A stretch of 32,000 nt of DNA. It comes from Pseudomonas aeruginosa. Its GTDB lineage: Bacteria > Pseudomonadota > Gammaproteobacteria > Pseudomonadales > Pseudomonadaceae. Below, one piece after another: positions 8,325 through 16,079 of this stretch. The stretch's first letter is position 1; each line of letters starts with the position of its first letter. Under the pieces are notes generated by a model. It did not search any database and was not told where the DNA came from. It saw only the letters and a program-made list of their open reading frames with translations. The position numbers and the translations under genes are program-made. The stretch is taken from the NCBI RefSeq assembly GCF_001457615.1, contig NZ_LN831024.1, positions 2,550,001 through 2,582,000 on the forward strand, read 5' to 3'.

Positions 8325-8335
8325 GGAGTTACGGA

Positions 8336-9292
8336 ATGCGTCAGACCCTGAGCCTGTTCCTGCTTCTCTGCCTGCTCGTCGGCCAGGCCTGTGCCGACGA
8401 GCGCGTGACCCTGCGCCTGGCCGACCAGAAGGGCAACATGCGCGCCCAGTTGGAGGCTGCCGGCGCGCTGGACGACCTGACCTACGACATCCGCTGGTTC
8501 GAATTCCCCGCCGCCGCCCCCCTCGCCGAAGCACTCAATGCCGGTGCGGTGGATGCCGGCATCATCGGCGACGCGCCATTGCTCTTCGCCCTGGCCGCCG
8601 GTGCCCGGCTGAAGGCCATCGCCGTCGACAAATCCGATCCCTACGGTACCGCCGTGCTGGTGAGAGGGGATTCGCCGCTGCGCTCGGCCAACGACCTGAA
8701 AGGTCAGCGCATTGCCACCGGCCGCGGTTCCATCGGCCACTTCGTCGCGCTCAAGGCCTTGGCCTCGGTCGGGCTGGGCGAGAAGGACGTCGAATTCCGC
8801 TTCCTCGGCCCGGTGGACGCGAAAATGGCCCTCGCCAATGGTTCCGTGGATGCCTGGGCGACCTGGGAGCCCTACACCGCGTTCGCGGAGACCGCCGACA
8901 AGGCTCGGGTACTGGTCGACGGGCGCGGCCTGTGGGCTGGCAACAGCTTCCTCGCTGCTACCGATAGCGCACTGGCCGACCCGGCGAAACGCGCCGTGCT
9001 GCAGGACTACCTGCAACGCCTGGCCAGCGCCCAGCGCTGGGCGTACCTGCACCTGGACGAGTATTCGCGAAGCCTGGCGCAGATCATCGGCTTCCCCGAG
9101 GACGCCGCGCGCTTGCAGTTCGAACGCCGGCGCTTGCGTTGGCAGGCGCTGGATGAGCGAACGCTCGGCCAGCAGCAGGAGACCGCCGATTTCTACCAGG
9201 CCCATGGATTGATTCCGCAGCGCCTCGATGTGCGGCCGACCTTCGCCAGCGGCTTTGCGGTCAGGCAGGCGTCGGATGCGGATATCCGGTAG
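8336..9292 (+). CDS. Periplasmic substrate-binding protein, SsuA/TauA family, copy 3
   Basis: This is the C-terminal 318 codons of track ORF 7262..9292. ATG 8336 is preceded by GAGGAG (8323-8328). Signal peptide MRQTLSLFLLLCLLVGQACA. Family blocks: GAVDAGIIGDAP, DLKGQRIAT, SVDAWATWEPY. Confidence 0.87.
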   Translation: MRQTLSLFLLLCLLVGQACADERVTLRLADQKGNMRAQLEAAGALDDLTYDIRWFEFPAAAPLAEALNAGAVDAGIIGDAPLLFALAAGARLKAIAVDKSDPYGTAVLVRGDSPLRSANDLKGQRIATGRGSIGHFVALKALASVGLGEKDVEFRFLGPVDAKMALANGSVDAWATWEPYTAFAETADKARVLVDGRGLWAGNSFLAATDSALADPAKRAVLQDYLQRLASAQRWAYLHLDEYSRSLAQIIGFPEDAARLQFERRRLRWQALDERTLGQQQETADFYQAHGLIPQRLDVRPTFASGFAVRQASDADIR

Positions 9293-9313
9293 GCGCTGCC
9301 CGGGCATTAATTG

Positions 9314-9328
9314 ATAACTATAAGTTAT
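9314..9328. promoter_or_regulatory. Perfect palindrome ATAACT-ATA-AGTTAT in an AT-rich intergenic island (candidate operator)
   Basis: Read directly. It lies in the 135-bp gap before the fourth binding-protein gene, inside the very AT-rich stretch TTAATTGATAACTATAAGTTATTTATCGATTGTTTTTTATTCCAATAATC. Confidence 0.4.
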
Positions 9329-9427
9329 TTATCGATTGTTTTTTATTCCAATAATCTATCCGTTCCGTCGCCGGCAGCTGGAACTCCCGTCCCTGCGGGC
9401 GCTCGCACCTATCCCAGGAGTCATCGC

Positions 9428-10387
9428 ATGTCTCGTCCGTTCCTGCGTCGCTTGGCCATCGTGTTTGCCGCTTCCGCCGTCCTGTCGGGCATTGGTGGCG
9501 CACAGGCCGAGGAGGTCCTGCGCATCGGCTTCCAGAAATCCTCGACTCTGCTGACCCTGATCCGCAGCCAGGGCACCTTCGAGCGCGAGTTGGCCAGGCA
9601 GGGCATCCGGGTGTCCTGGCATGAGTTCCCCAGCGGCCTGCCGTTGCTCGAATCGCTCAATGTCGGCAACGTCGATCTCTCCGCCGACGTCGCCGACACC
9701 GTGCCGGTGTTCGCCCAGGCGGCGGGTGCTCGCCTGACCTACTTCGCCCGCGAAACACCTTCGCCCGCGGCGCAGGCGATACTGGTCGGCGAACATTCGC
9801 CGCTGAAGTCCCTGGCCGAGCTGAAGGGCAAGCGCATCGCCGTGACCAAGGCCGCCGGCAGCCACTACCTGCTGATCGCCGCGCTGGCCAGCGCCGGGCT
9901 TGAGTTCTCCGACATCCAGCCAGCCTACCTGACGCCAGCCGACGGCCGCGCCGCCTTCGAGAACGGCAAGGTCGACGCCTGGGTGACCTGGGACCCCTAC
10001 GTGGCAAGCGCCCAGCGCCAGCAACGCGCGCGGGTACTGGCCGACGGCCAGGGCCTGGCCAGCTACCAGCGCTACTACCTCGCCTCCAGCGACTACGCCA
10101 GGAAACATCCTGAAGTGCTCCAGCAGGTCTTCGCCGAACTGCAGCGCACCGGGCGCTGGCTCAAGAGCCACCCGGCCGACGCGGCCAAGGTGCTGGGGCC
10201 GCTGTGGGGCAATCTCGATGCCGCTACCGTCGAGCAGGCGAATGCGCGGCGCAGCTACGACGTACAACCGGTGAGCGCAGATGGTCTCGACGAGCAACAG
10301 CGCATCGCCGACGCCTTCCACGCCCAGGGACTGCTACCCAAACCGGTGGATGCGCGCGCCGTGGAGGTATGGCAGCCGCGGCACTGA
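9428..10387 (+). CDS. Periplasmic substrate-binding protein, SsuA/TauA family, copy 4
   Basis: An internal ATG of ORF 9311..10387 is preceded by AGGAG (9414-9418). Signal peptide MSRPFLRRLAIVFAASAVLSGIGGAQA. Family blocks: ELKGKRIAV, KVDAWVTWDPY. Confidence 0.87.
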   Translation: MSRPFLRRLAIVFAASAVLSGIGGAQAEEVLRIGFQKSSTLLTLIRSQGTFERELARQGIRVSWHEFPSGLPLLESLNVGNVDLSADVADTVPVFAQAAGARLTYFARETPSPAAQAILVGEHSPLKSLAELKGKRIAVTKAAGSHYLLIAALASAGLEFSDIQPAYLTPADGRAAFENGKVDAWVTWDPYVASAQRQQRARVLADGQGLASYQRYYLASSDYARKHPEVLQQVFAELQRTGRWLKSHPADAAKVLGPLWGNLDAATVEQANARRSYDVQPVSADGLDEQQRIADAFHAQGLLPKPVDARAVEVWQPRH

Positions 10388-10453
10388 GCGGCGCGGCTGC
10401 CCTGTGATGCGCGGCACCGGCGGCCAGCGTAGCTTGCCGCTGGCGCGCGTCCT

Positions 10454-11026
10454 TCAGGCCAGCCCATAGCTGATCTGCTCGGCTTTGACGTGGAACGCCT
10501 GCTCACGGCTCGGAAGATGCTGGTTGGCATCGGCGTTGCCCTGGCGCAGGCGTTCGGACCTCAGCGTCGGCAGGCGGAACACATCCTGCCGCTCGGTCTG
10601 CAACGCATTGCCGCGCATCAGCTCCATCAACGGAACCTGCATGGCCGGGGTGCTCTGGCCGAGGAAGTAGTTGGGCACCTCGTCGCACCACAGCAGCATG
10701 TAGTCGCTCACCGCATCGTGCTCGGCGTCGAGCACCACGTACTCGACGCGGTGGCGCAGGACCACTTCGGCGTCGATGCTCCAGCGGGTGTCCACGGTGA
10801 ACAGCGGAACGTGCTTTTCCACGTCCACCAGCAGGCCATTCACCGCCTTGCAGCCGGACTTGCGGCAGGCCACGTGGTAGCGCTTGTCGGGGAGGGGGTG
10901 ACGCGCCACCACGTCGCGCCCGCCAAGCAGGTGCAGGTCGAACTCCTTGATGCGGATGTCGATCAACTCGCACGGTAGGTCGAACCCCGCAGGCGTCAGC
11001 AGCCTGGGGCAGAAATGGATAAGCAT
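10454..11026 (-). CDS. qteE: Quorum-threshold expression element QteE-like protein (LasR/RhlR anti-activator). No domain is recognisable.
   Basis: The ORF is 10454..11038 (194 aa). A second ATG at 11026 has a good SD (GGAG, 6-nt spacer) and gives MLIHFCPRLL. Codon usage is coding-like. The qteE assignment rests on synteny (between the sulfonate-type binding protein and the polyamine-type binding protein/vqsR), not on a motif. The alternative start is 11038. Confidence 0.65.
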   Translation of the reverse strand: MLIHFCPRLLTPAGFDLPCELIDIRIKEFDLHLLGGRDVVARHPLPDKRYHVACRKSGCKAVNGLLVDVEKHVPLFTVDTRWSIDAEVVLRHRVEYVVLDAEHDAVSDYMLLWCDEVPNYFLGQSTPAMQVPLMELMRGNALQTERQDVFRLPTLRSERLRQGNADANQHLPSREQAFHVKAEQISYGLA

Positions 11027-11232
11027 GGTTTTCTCCATCAGGCATGCCCGGGGCTTTCCCGCCCTGGGGGAGAGGTATCTCTATCGGTCGCAGGTCAGCC
11101 GGCAAGCCGCATCCTGACGGACGAGGCAGAGCCTCGCCCGGTGAAAGACGCGAACGCCGGTCCTGGCGGACCTCGCTGGATTTTTCTGGCTCCGGGCGCT
11201 CCCGCGCTTCCAGGGGGCGTCTCGGGCGGGTG

Positions 11233-12336
11233 TCAGCTCCCGGTCTTGACCCGGCTCCAGACCCGGGTACGGATTCTCTCGACCTTCAGTGGCAGGGTTT
11301 CCAGCGGGAAGAGGGTCGCCATGGTTTCCTTGCTCAGGTAAACCGCCGGGTTTTCCCGCAGCTTCCGCTCTACCAGCGGCAGCGCCGCCTGGTTGCCATT
11401 CGGATAGCCCACGTAGTTGGAGGTCCTGGCGATGACCTCCGGACGCAGCAGGTAGTCGATCAGCGCATAACCCTGCTGCGGATGCGGTGCATCCTTGAGC
11501 AGCACCATGTTCTCGGCCCAGACCAGCGAGCCTTCCCGGGGAATGCTGTAGGCGATATGGCGACCGTTCCCGGCCTGTTCGTTGTTGACCTGGGCCATGT
11601 AGGCCGTACCCTGCCAGCCGACCACCACGCAGACGTTGCCGTTGGAGAGATCGGTGTCGACTCTGGAGGAGTCGAAATAGCGAATGTAGGGGCGAACCTT
11701 CAGCAACAGTTCCTGGGCTTTCTGGTAGTCCTCGGGATTCTGGCTGTTGTGCGGCAGGCCCAGGTAGTTGAGGGCGATGGACACCAGCTCGGTGGAGGAG
11801 TCCAGCGTGGCCACGCCGCACTGGCTGAGGCGGGAGATGTTCTCCTCCTTGAAGACCAGGTCCCAGGAGTCGACCGGCGCGTCGGGGCCGAGCAGCTTGC
11901 GGACCTTGTCCACGTCGTAGGCGATCCCGGTGGTTCCCCAGAGATAAGGTACGGCATAGCGATTGCCGGGATCGTTGGCCTGAAGCTTCCCGAGGATGTC
12001 CGCGTCGAGGTTCTTCCAGTGGGGGAGCCGGTCGCGGTCGAGTTCCTGGAGGACGCCCGCCTTGATCAGCCCGGGCAGGATGTTGGAGGTGATCACCACC
12101 ACGTCGTAGCCGGAGCGGCCGACCATCAGTTTGCCCTGCGCGGTCTCGGCGCTGTCGAAGGTGTCGAGGACGACACGGGTGCCGGTTTCCTTCTGGAAAG
12201 CCTTGGGCGTTTCCGGGGCGATGAAGTCATACCAGTTGTAAAGATGGACGCTGGTTTGCGCAGCCCATGCACTGTCCGCCGCTGTCGCACCGATCGTCGT
12301 CAGGATCGATAACGCCAGTGCACAAACTTTTTTCAT
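11233..12336 (-). CDS. Periplasmic polyamine (spermidine/putrescine)-binding protein, PotD/PotF/SpuD family, orphan
   Basis: 367-aa ORF with AAGGAAA RBS. Signal peptide MKKVCALALSILTTIGATAADSAWA. PotD/PotF-like blocks: LYNWYDFIAPET, YAVPYLWGTTGIAYD. No potABC-type genes are adjacent. Confidence 0.88.
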   Translation of the reverse strand: MKKVCALALSILTTIGATAADSAWAAQTSVHLYNWYDFIAPETPKAFQKETGTRVVLDTFDSAETAQGKLMVGRSGYDVVVITSNILPGLIKAGVLQELDRDRLPHWKNLDADILGKLQANDPGNRYAVPYLWGTTGIAYDVDKVRKLLGPDAPVDSWDLVFKEENISRLSQCGVATLDSSTELVSIALNYLGLPHNSQNPEDYQKAQELLLKVRPYIRYFDSSRVDTDLSNGNVCVVVGWQGTAYMAQVNNEQAGNGRHIAYSIPREGSLVWAENMVLLKDAPHPQQGYALIDYLLRPEVIARTSNYVGYPNGNQAALPLVERKLRENPAVYLSKETMATLFPLETLPLKVERIRTRVWSRVKTGS

Positions 12337-12376
12337 TGGATTTCCTTTCCGAAACGAAACAAGTTGGATTTTGCAC

Positions 12377-12392
12377 CTACCAGAACTGGTAG
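12377..12392. promoter_or_regulatory. las/rhl box (LasR/RhlR-type binding site), perfect dyad CTACCAG-AA-CTGGTAG
   Basis: It fits CT-N12-AG with a perfect 7+7 inverted repeat. It sits 97-112 nt upstream of the vqsR GTG. A second overlapping dyad is CAGAACT-GGT-AGTTCTG (12381-12397). vqsR is described as LasR-controlled. Confidence 0.8.
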
Positions 12393-12488
12393 TTCTGACC
12401 TGTGGCTATCTTCGAAGGCATCGATATTATGCACATTGGAACTCTTCATGACATAACGCCGAGTGACTAATCCCAGAGGAGTAGTTGT

Positions 12489-13295
12489 GTGGATATCGCA
12501 TTGCACGGCGGCGCCTGGCACGAGTCACTGGGAAAGTTGCTCGAAGCGCTGGACCGGCCGTTCTTCTGGCGGATCCTGGCGCAGACCCTCGGCCAGTTCG
12601 CCCCCGTCGACAACTGGGCGGCCCTGATATTCAGCGATTCCAGTCCCTTGATTCTTTCCTTCATGGAGGAGGAGAGAGAAGAAGTCGAGCCGGACCCGCT
12701 GATCAGTCGATATATAACCGGACTTTATCTGCAAGATCCTTTCTACCAGGTATCCAGGAACTGTCGGCGCGGCGGGCTTTTTCATCTTGCGGATATCGTC
12801 TCCGAAGATTTCGAAACGACCGAATATTACAATACGTACTTTGCGCATTATGTGGTGACGGACGAAGTTCAATATAACGTCCCGCTGGATGGTGAAAGAA
12901 CCCTATGCCTGTCGTTGGGCAGCGAGAGCCGCTTCGGTGCCGAGCAGATCGCGCTGTTCGAGCTGCTTCGCCCGTGGGTCATCGCGCTGATGAAAAAACG
13001 CATCCACTTCGAGGATGCGGTCAGGGAGGAGGCGAAACCGATCGCAGCGGCGGAGGTGGAAGTCCAGCCCTGGAGAGGGTTGATATCGCCGCTGACCGCG
13101 CGGGAGTCGGATGTCATCCGGCTGATGCTGGATGGATACTCGAACAAGGAAATAGCGGATCGGCTGACGCTGTCGATCGCCACTATCAAGGTGCATCGCC
13201 GGCACATCTACGCGAAGCTGAACGTGAAGTCCCACTCCGAGATATTCGCGCTGTTGATCAACCCGCCCGCGCCGCGGCTCGCCGACGCACGCTAG
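12489..13295 (+). CDS. vqsR: LuxR-family regulator VqsR (C-terminal LuxR/GerE HTH, no autoinducer-binding domain)
   Basis: 268-aa ORF with a GTG start and GAGGAG 7 nt upstream. C-terminal HTH: LTARESDVIRLMLDGYSNKEIADRLTLSIATIKVHRRHIYAKLNV. The upstream las box and the synteny both fit vqsR. Confidence 0.85.
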   Translation: MDIALHGGAWHESLGKLLEALDRPFFWRILAQTLGQFAPVDNWAALIFSDSSPLILSFMEEEREEVEPDPLISRYITGLYLQDPFYQVSRNCRRGGLFHLADIVSEDFETTEYYNTYFAHYVVTDEVQYNVPLDGERTLCLSLGSESRFGAEQIALFELLRPWVIALMKKRIHFEDAVREEAKPIAAAEVEVQPWRGLISPLTARESDVIRLMLDGYSNKEIADRLTLSIATIKVHRRHIYAKLNVKSHSEIFALLINPPAPRLADAR

Positions 13296-13414
13296 TGCGC
13301 CGCCTGCGGAGGAACCCGGGCGCATAAGGTTATGCGAAATTCATATTGCCCGACGCTGAAAAAGCCGGCGTCGGATTGCACTCATGGGCGAATTCCATCC
13401 AGGACGATTCGACC

Positions 13415-16069
13415 ATGCCCGATGTACGTCTTTCCTCTCGTTCGTTGACCCCCGTGCTCTGTGCGGTGGGGCTCGCCTGCGCGCTGCAGGGCGAGGTGCA
13501 GGCCGCCGACGGTGGGCCGCGCGACGCGGCCACGGCGCCCCGGGTATTCGACATAGCGCCCGGCGAACTGGCCGAGGTGTTGTTGAACATCGTGCGCCAG
13601 GGACACGTGCCGATCGCCTTCGACCAGCGCCTGGTGGCGGGGTTGCGCGGACCAGATATCCGCGGCCGGCTCAGTGTCGAGGAGGCCTTGCGGCGTGCCC
13701 TGGCCGGCAGCGGGCTGGCATACGCGCAGGACGAAAGCGGTGCCTTCGTCCTGCGCCGCGGACAGGCGCCTGTGCAGGAGACGCGAGGTGCGACGGTGGC
13801 ACCGACCTTGTCCACCGTGGTGGTCACCGGCACGCGCAAGAGCGATGTGAAGGCGCAGGACAGCCTGAGCCCGATCGATGTGGTCAGCGCTACCCAGCTA
13901 CGCAGTAGCGGTGCGGTCGATCTGCGCGATGCGCTGGTCAAACTGCTGCCCTCGCTGACCCGCCAGGCCCAGCCGTTCAACGCCTCGGCGTTGACCCACA
14001 CGCAGTCGCTGCGCGGGCTGAGCCCCAACCATGTGCTGGTGCTGGTGAACGGCAAGCGTCGCCACGAAACGGCCAATCTCAATATCAGCGGCGGGCTGGA
14101 GAAGGGCTCCACCGGCGTCGATCTGGACACCATCCCGATCAACGCCATCGAGCGGGTCGAGGTGCTGCGCGACGGCGCCTCGGCGCAGTACGGTTCGGAC
14201 GCCATCGCCGGGGTGATCAACGTCATCCTCAAGTCCGCCGACAGCGGCGGGTCGGCGGCCGCTGACGTCGGGCAGACCGGCGACGGCGACGGCTTCACCC
14301 ATGGCGGCGGGGGGAACATCGGGCTGGCCTTCGGCGATAGCGGCTTCGTCAACCTCACCGCCGAATATCGCGAGCAGGAGCGCACGATGCGCAGCGGCAT
14401 CGATGAGCGCACCGGTCGGCGCGACAATATTTCCATGGGCGATCCCGCGTTCCACCGGCAATCGTTGGCGCTCAACTCGGGTTTCGGGTTGGGCGACGAT
14501 ATCGAGGTGTACGGCTTCGGCACCTATACCCGGCGCAAGGCCTCCTCGGCGGCCAACTATCGCCTGGCTTCGGTGGCGCCGACGCTGTATCCGGACGGTT
14601 TCACGCCGCGCCCGAACAGCGACGAGGACGACTATGCGTTCCTCGCCGGGGTGCGCGGCGAGCGTCTGCTGGATGCCTGGCACTGGGACCTGAGCAGTGG
14701 CTACGGCGCCGACCGTCCCGATATCGGCATGACCCAGTCGGTGAACGCGGCGATCTACCGTGAAACCGGCAACAGCCCGAGAAGCTTCGACCTGGCGCGC
14801 TACCGCAACAGCCAATGGACCAGCAACCTGGACCTGGGGCGAGAATTCGAACTGGATTTCCTCGCTGCTCCGCTGGCGTTGTCGCTGGGTGCGGAATACC
14901 GGCGGGAAAGCTACCGCATCGACGCCGGCGACCCGGCGTCCTACTACAGCGGCGGGGCGGAATCCCTGGCTGGCCTCTCGCCGCTCAGCGAGGGGCAATG
15001 GTCGCGGCACGCCTGGGCGTCCTACCTGGACCTGGGTACCTCCCTGACCCCAGCCTGGGAGGTCGACGTGGCGGTGCGCCACGAGAAATTCAGCGACTTC
15101 GGCAGCACCACCAACGGCAAGTTCGCCACCCGTTACCAGTTCGATCCGCGGGTGGCGCTGCGCGCCAGCGTAAGCAGCGGGTTCCGCGCGCCGTCCCTGG
15201 TCCAGGAGCACTACACCGGCCTCAGCGTCGGCCCGACCATCGCCCTTGGCCTGCTGGCGGCCAACTCGCCGGCGGCGAAGATGCTCGGCGCCGACGAACT
15301 GCAACCGGAGAAGTCGACCAGCTTCAACCTTGGCCTGGTACTCAGCCCGTGGGAAAACGTCGGGCTGAACATCGACGCCTACCAGATCAGCATCCGCGAC
15401 CGCATCGTCGACAGCGCCACCTATTCCGGCCAGGAAGCCATCGATGCCCTGGCCGCGGCGGGGATCTCGTTGCCGGCCAGTGCCAGTACGGTCAGTACCC
15501 ACTACCTGGCCAACGGTGCCGACACCCGCACCCGCGGTGTCGACATCACCGGTCACTACCTCGTCGCGCTTGGCGAGTACGGGCAGGTCGACTGGGAACT
15601 GTCGGCCAACTTCAACCGCACCACCTTGCGCAAGAACCATCGAGGCGCCAACGGCGAGCCGCTGCTCAATGCCCAGCAGGTCGCCTGGATCACCAGCTCC
15701 ACCCCGCGCAGCCAGGTTTCCCTCGGCGGCACCTGGAGCCGCCAGGACTGGGAGGTCAGCCTGCGCCTGACGCGCTACGGCCGGACCAGCTCGGAACTCG
15801 ACTACACGGTAGGGCCGGACGCCTGGTCGACGGAGAAATTCAACCATTTCGTCAACGACCCGAAGTACATCACCGACATCGCCGCGCGCTACCGGCTCAG
15901 CGCCGACCTGACGCTGACCGCCGGCGCCGACAACCTGTTCGACGTCCGTCCGGACAAGCTGCCCGCGCAGAACACCACCTATGGCGACGTGCTGCGCTAC
16001 GACACCTATGCCTCGCAGATCGGCTTCAACGGCGCCTTCTACTACCTACGCGCGGCATACCGCTTCTAG
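13415..16069 (+). CDS. TonB-dependent transducer-type outer-membrane receptor (N-terminal STN signalling domain + plug + barrel)
   Basis: An internal ATG of ORF 13346..16069 gives the signal peptide MPDVRLSSRSLTPVLCAVGLACALQGEVQA. An STN-like segment follows: FDIAPGELAEVLLNIVRQGHVPIAFDQRLVAGLRGPDIRGRLSVEEALRRALAGSGLAY. Plug: TLSTVVVTGTRK...SPIDVV. The C-terminus is ...FYYLRAAYRF, with the terminal Phe typical of this family. Confidence 0.88.
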   Translation: MPDVRLSSRSLTPVLCAVGLACALQGEVQAADGGPRDAATAPRVFDIAPGELAEVLLNIVRQGHVPIAFDQRLVAGLRGPDIRGRLSVEEALRRALAGSGLAYAQDESGAFVLRRGQAPVQETRGATVAPTLSTVVVTGTRKSDVKAQDSLSPIDVVSATQLRSSGAVDLRDALVKLLPSLTRQAQPFNASALTHTQSLRGLSPNHVLVLVNGKRRHETANLNISGGLEKGSTGVDLDTIPINAIERVEVLRDGASAQYGSDAIAGVINVILKSADSGGSAAADVGQTGDGDGFTHGGGGNIGLAFGDSGFVNLTAEYREQERTMRSGIDERTGRRDNISMGDPAFHRQSLALNSGFGLGDDIEVYGFGTYTRRKASSAANYRLASVAPTLYPDGFTPRPNSDEDDYAFLAGVRGERLLDAWHWDLSSGYGADRPDIGMTQSVNAAIYRETGNSPRSFDLARYRNSQWTSNLDLGREFELDFLAAPLALSLGAEYRRESYRIDAGDPASYYSGGAESLAGLSPLSEGQWSRHAWASYLDLGTSLTPAWEVDVAVRHEKFSDFGSTTNGKFATRYQFDPRVALRASVSSGFRAPSLVQEHYTGLSVGPTIALGLLAANSPAAKMLGADELQPEKSTSFNLGLVLSPWENVGLNIDAYQISIRDRIVDSATYSGQEAIDALAAAGISLPASASTVSTHYLANGADTRTRGVDITGHYLVALGEYGQVDWELSANFNRTTLRKNHRGANGEPLLNAQQVAWITSSTPRSQVSLGGTWSRQDWEVSLRLTRYGRTSSELDYTVGPDAWSTEKFNHFVNDPKYITDIAARYRLSADLTLTAGADNLFDVRPDKLPAQNTTYGDVLRYDTYASQIGFNGAFYYLRAAYRF

Positions 16070-16079
16070 AGGGCCAGGC

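Noticed and set aside
7262-8335. N-terminal 358 codons of the 676-aa ORF 7262..9292
   Set aside because: Only the part from ATG 8336 (signal peptide and binding-protein motifs, GAGGAG RBS) looks real. The upstream part is an out-of-frame read-through of the gene at 7338..8324.
7143-9307. Minus-strand ORFs 7143..8534 (463 aa) and 7958..9307 (449 aa)
   Set aside because: They are antisense shadows of the tandem binding-protein genes, with Arg/Gly-rich translations.
10423-10444. Hairpin GCCAGCG-N8-CGCTGGC between convergent genes, as a bidirectional terminator
   Set aside because: The stem is only 7 bp and has no U tract on either strand. It is too weak to call a terminator.
13321-13345. Possible Fur box upstream of the TonB-dependent receptor
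   Set aside because: The best alignment of TTATGCGAAATTCATATTG to GATAATGATAATCATTATC matches only about 9 of 19 positions. That is not enough to call.
13330-15847. Minus-strand ORFs 13330..14523 (397 aa) and 13898..15847 (649 aa)
   Set aside because: They are antisense to the TonB-dependent receptor gene, which has signal peptide, STN, plug and terminal-Phe signatures. The translations have no motifs.
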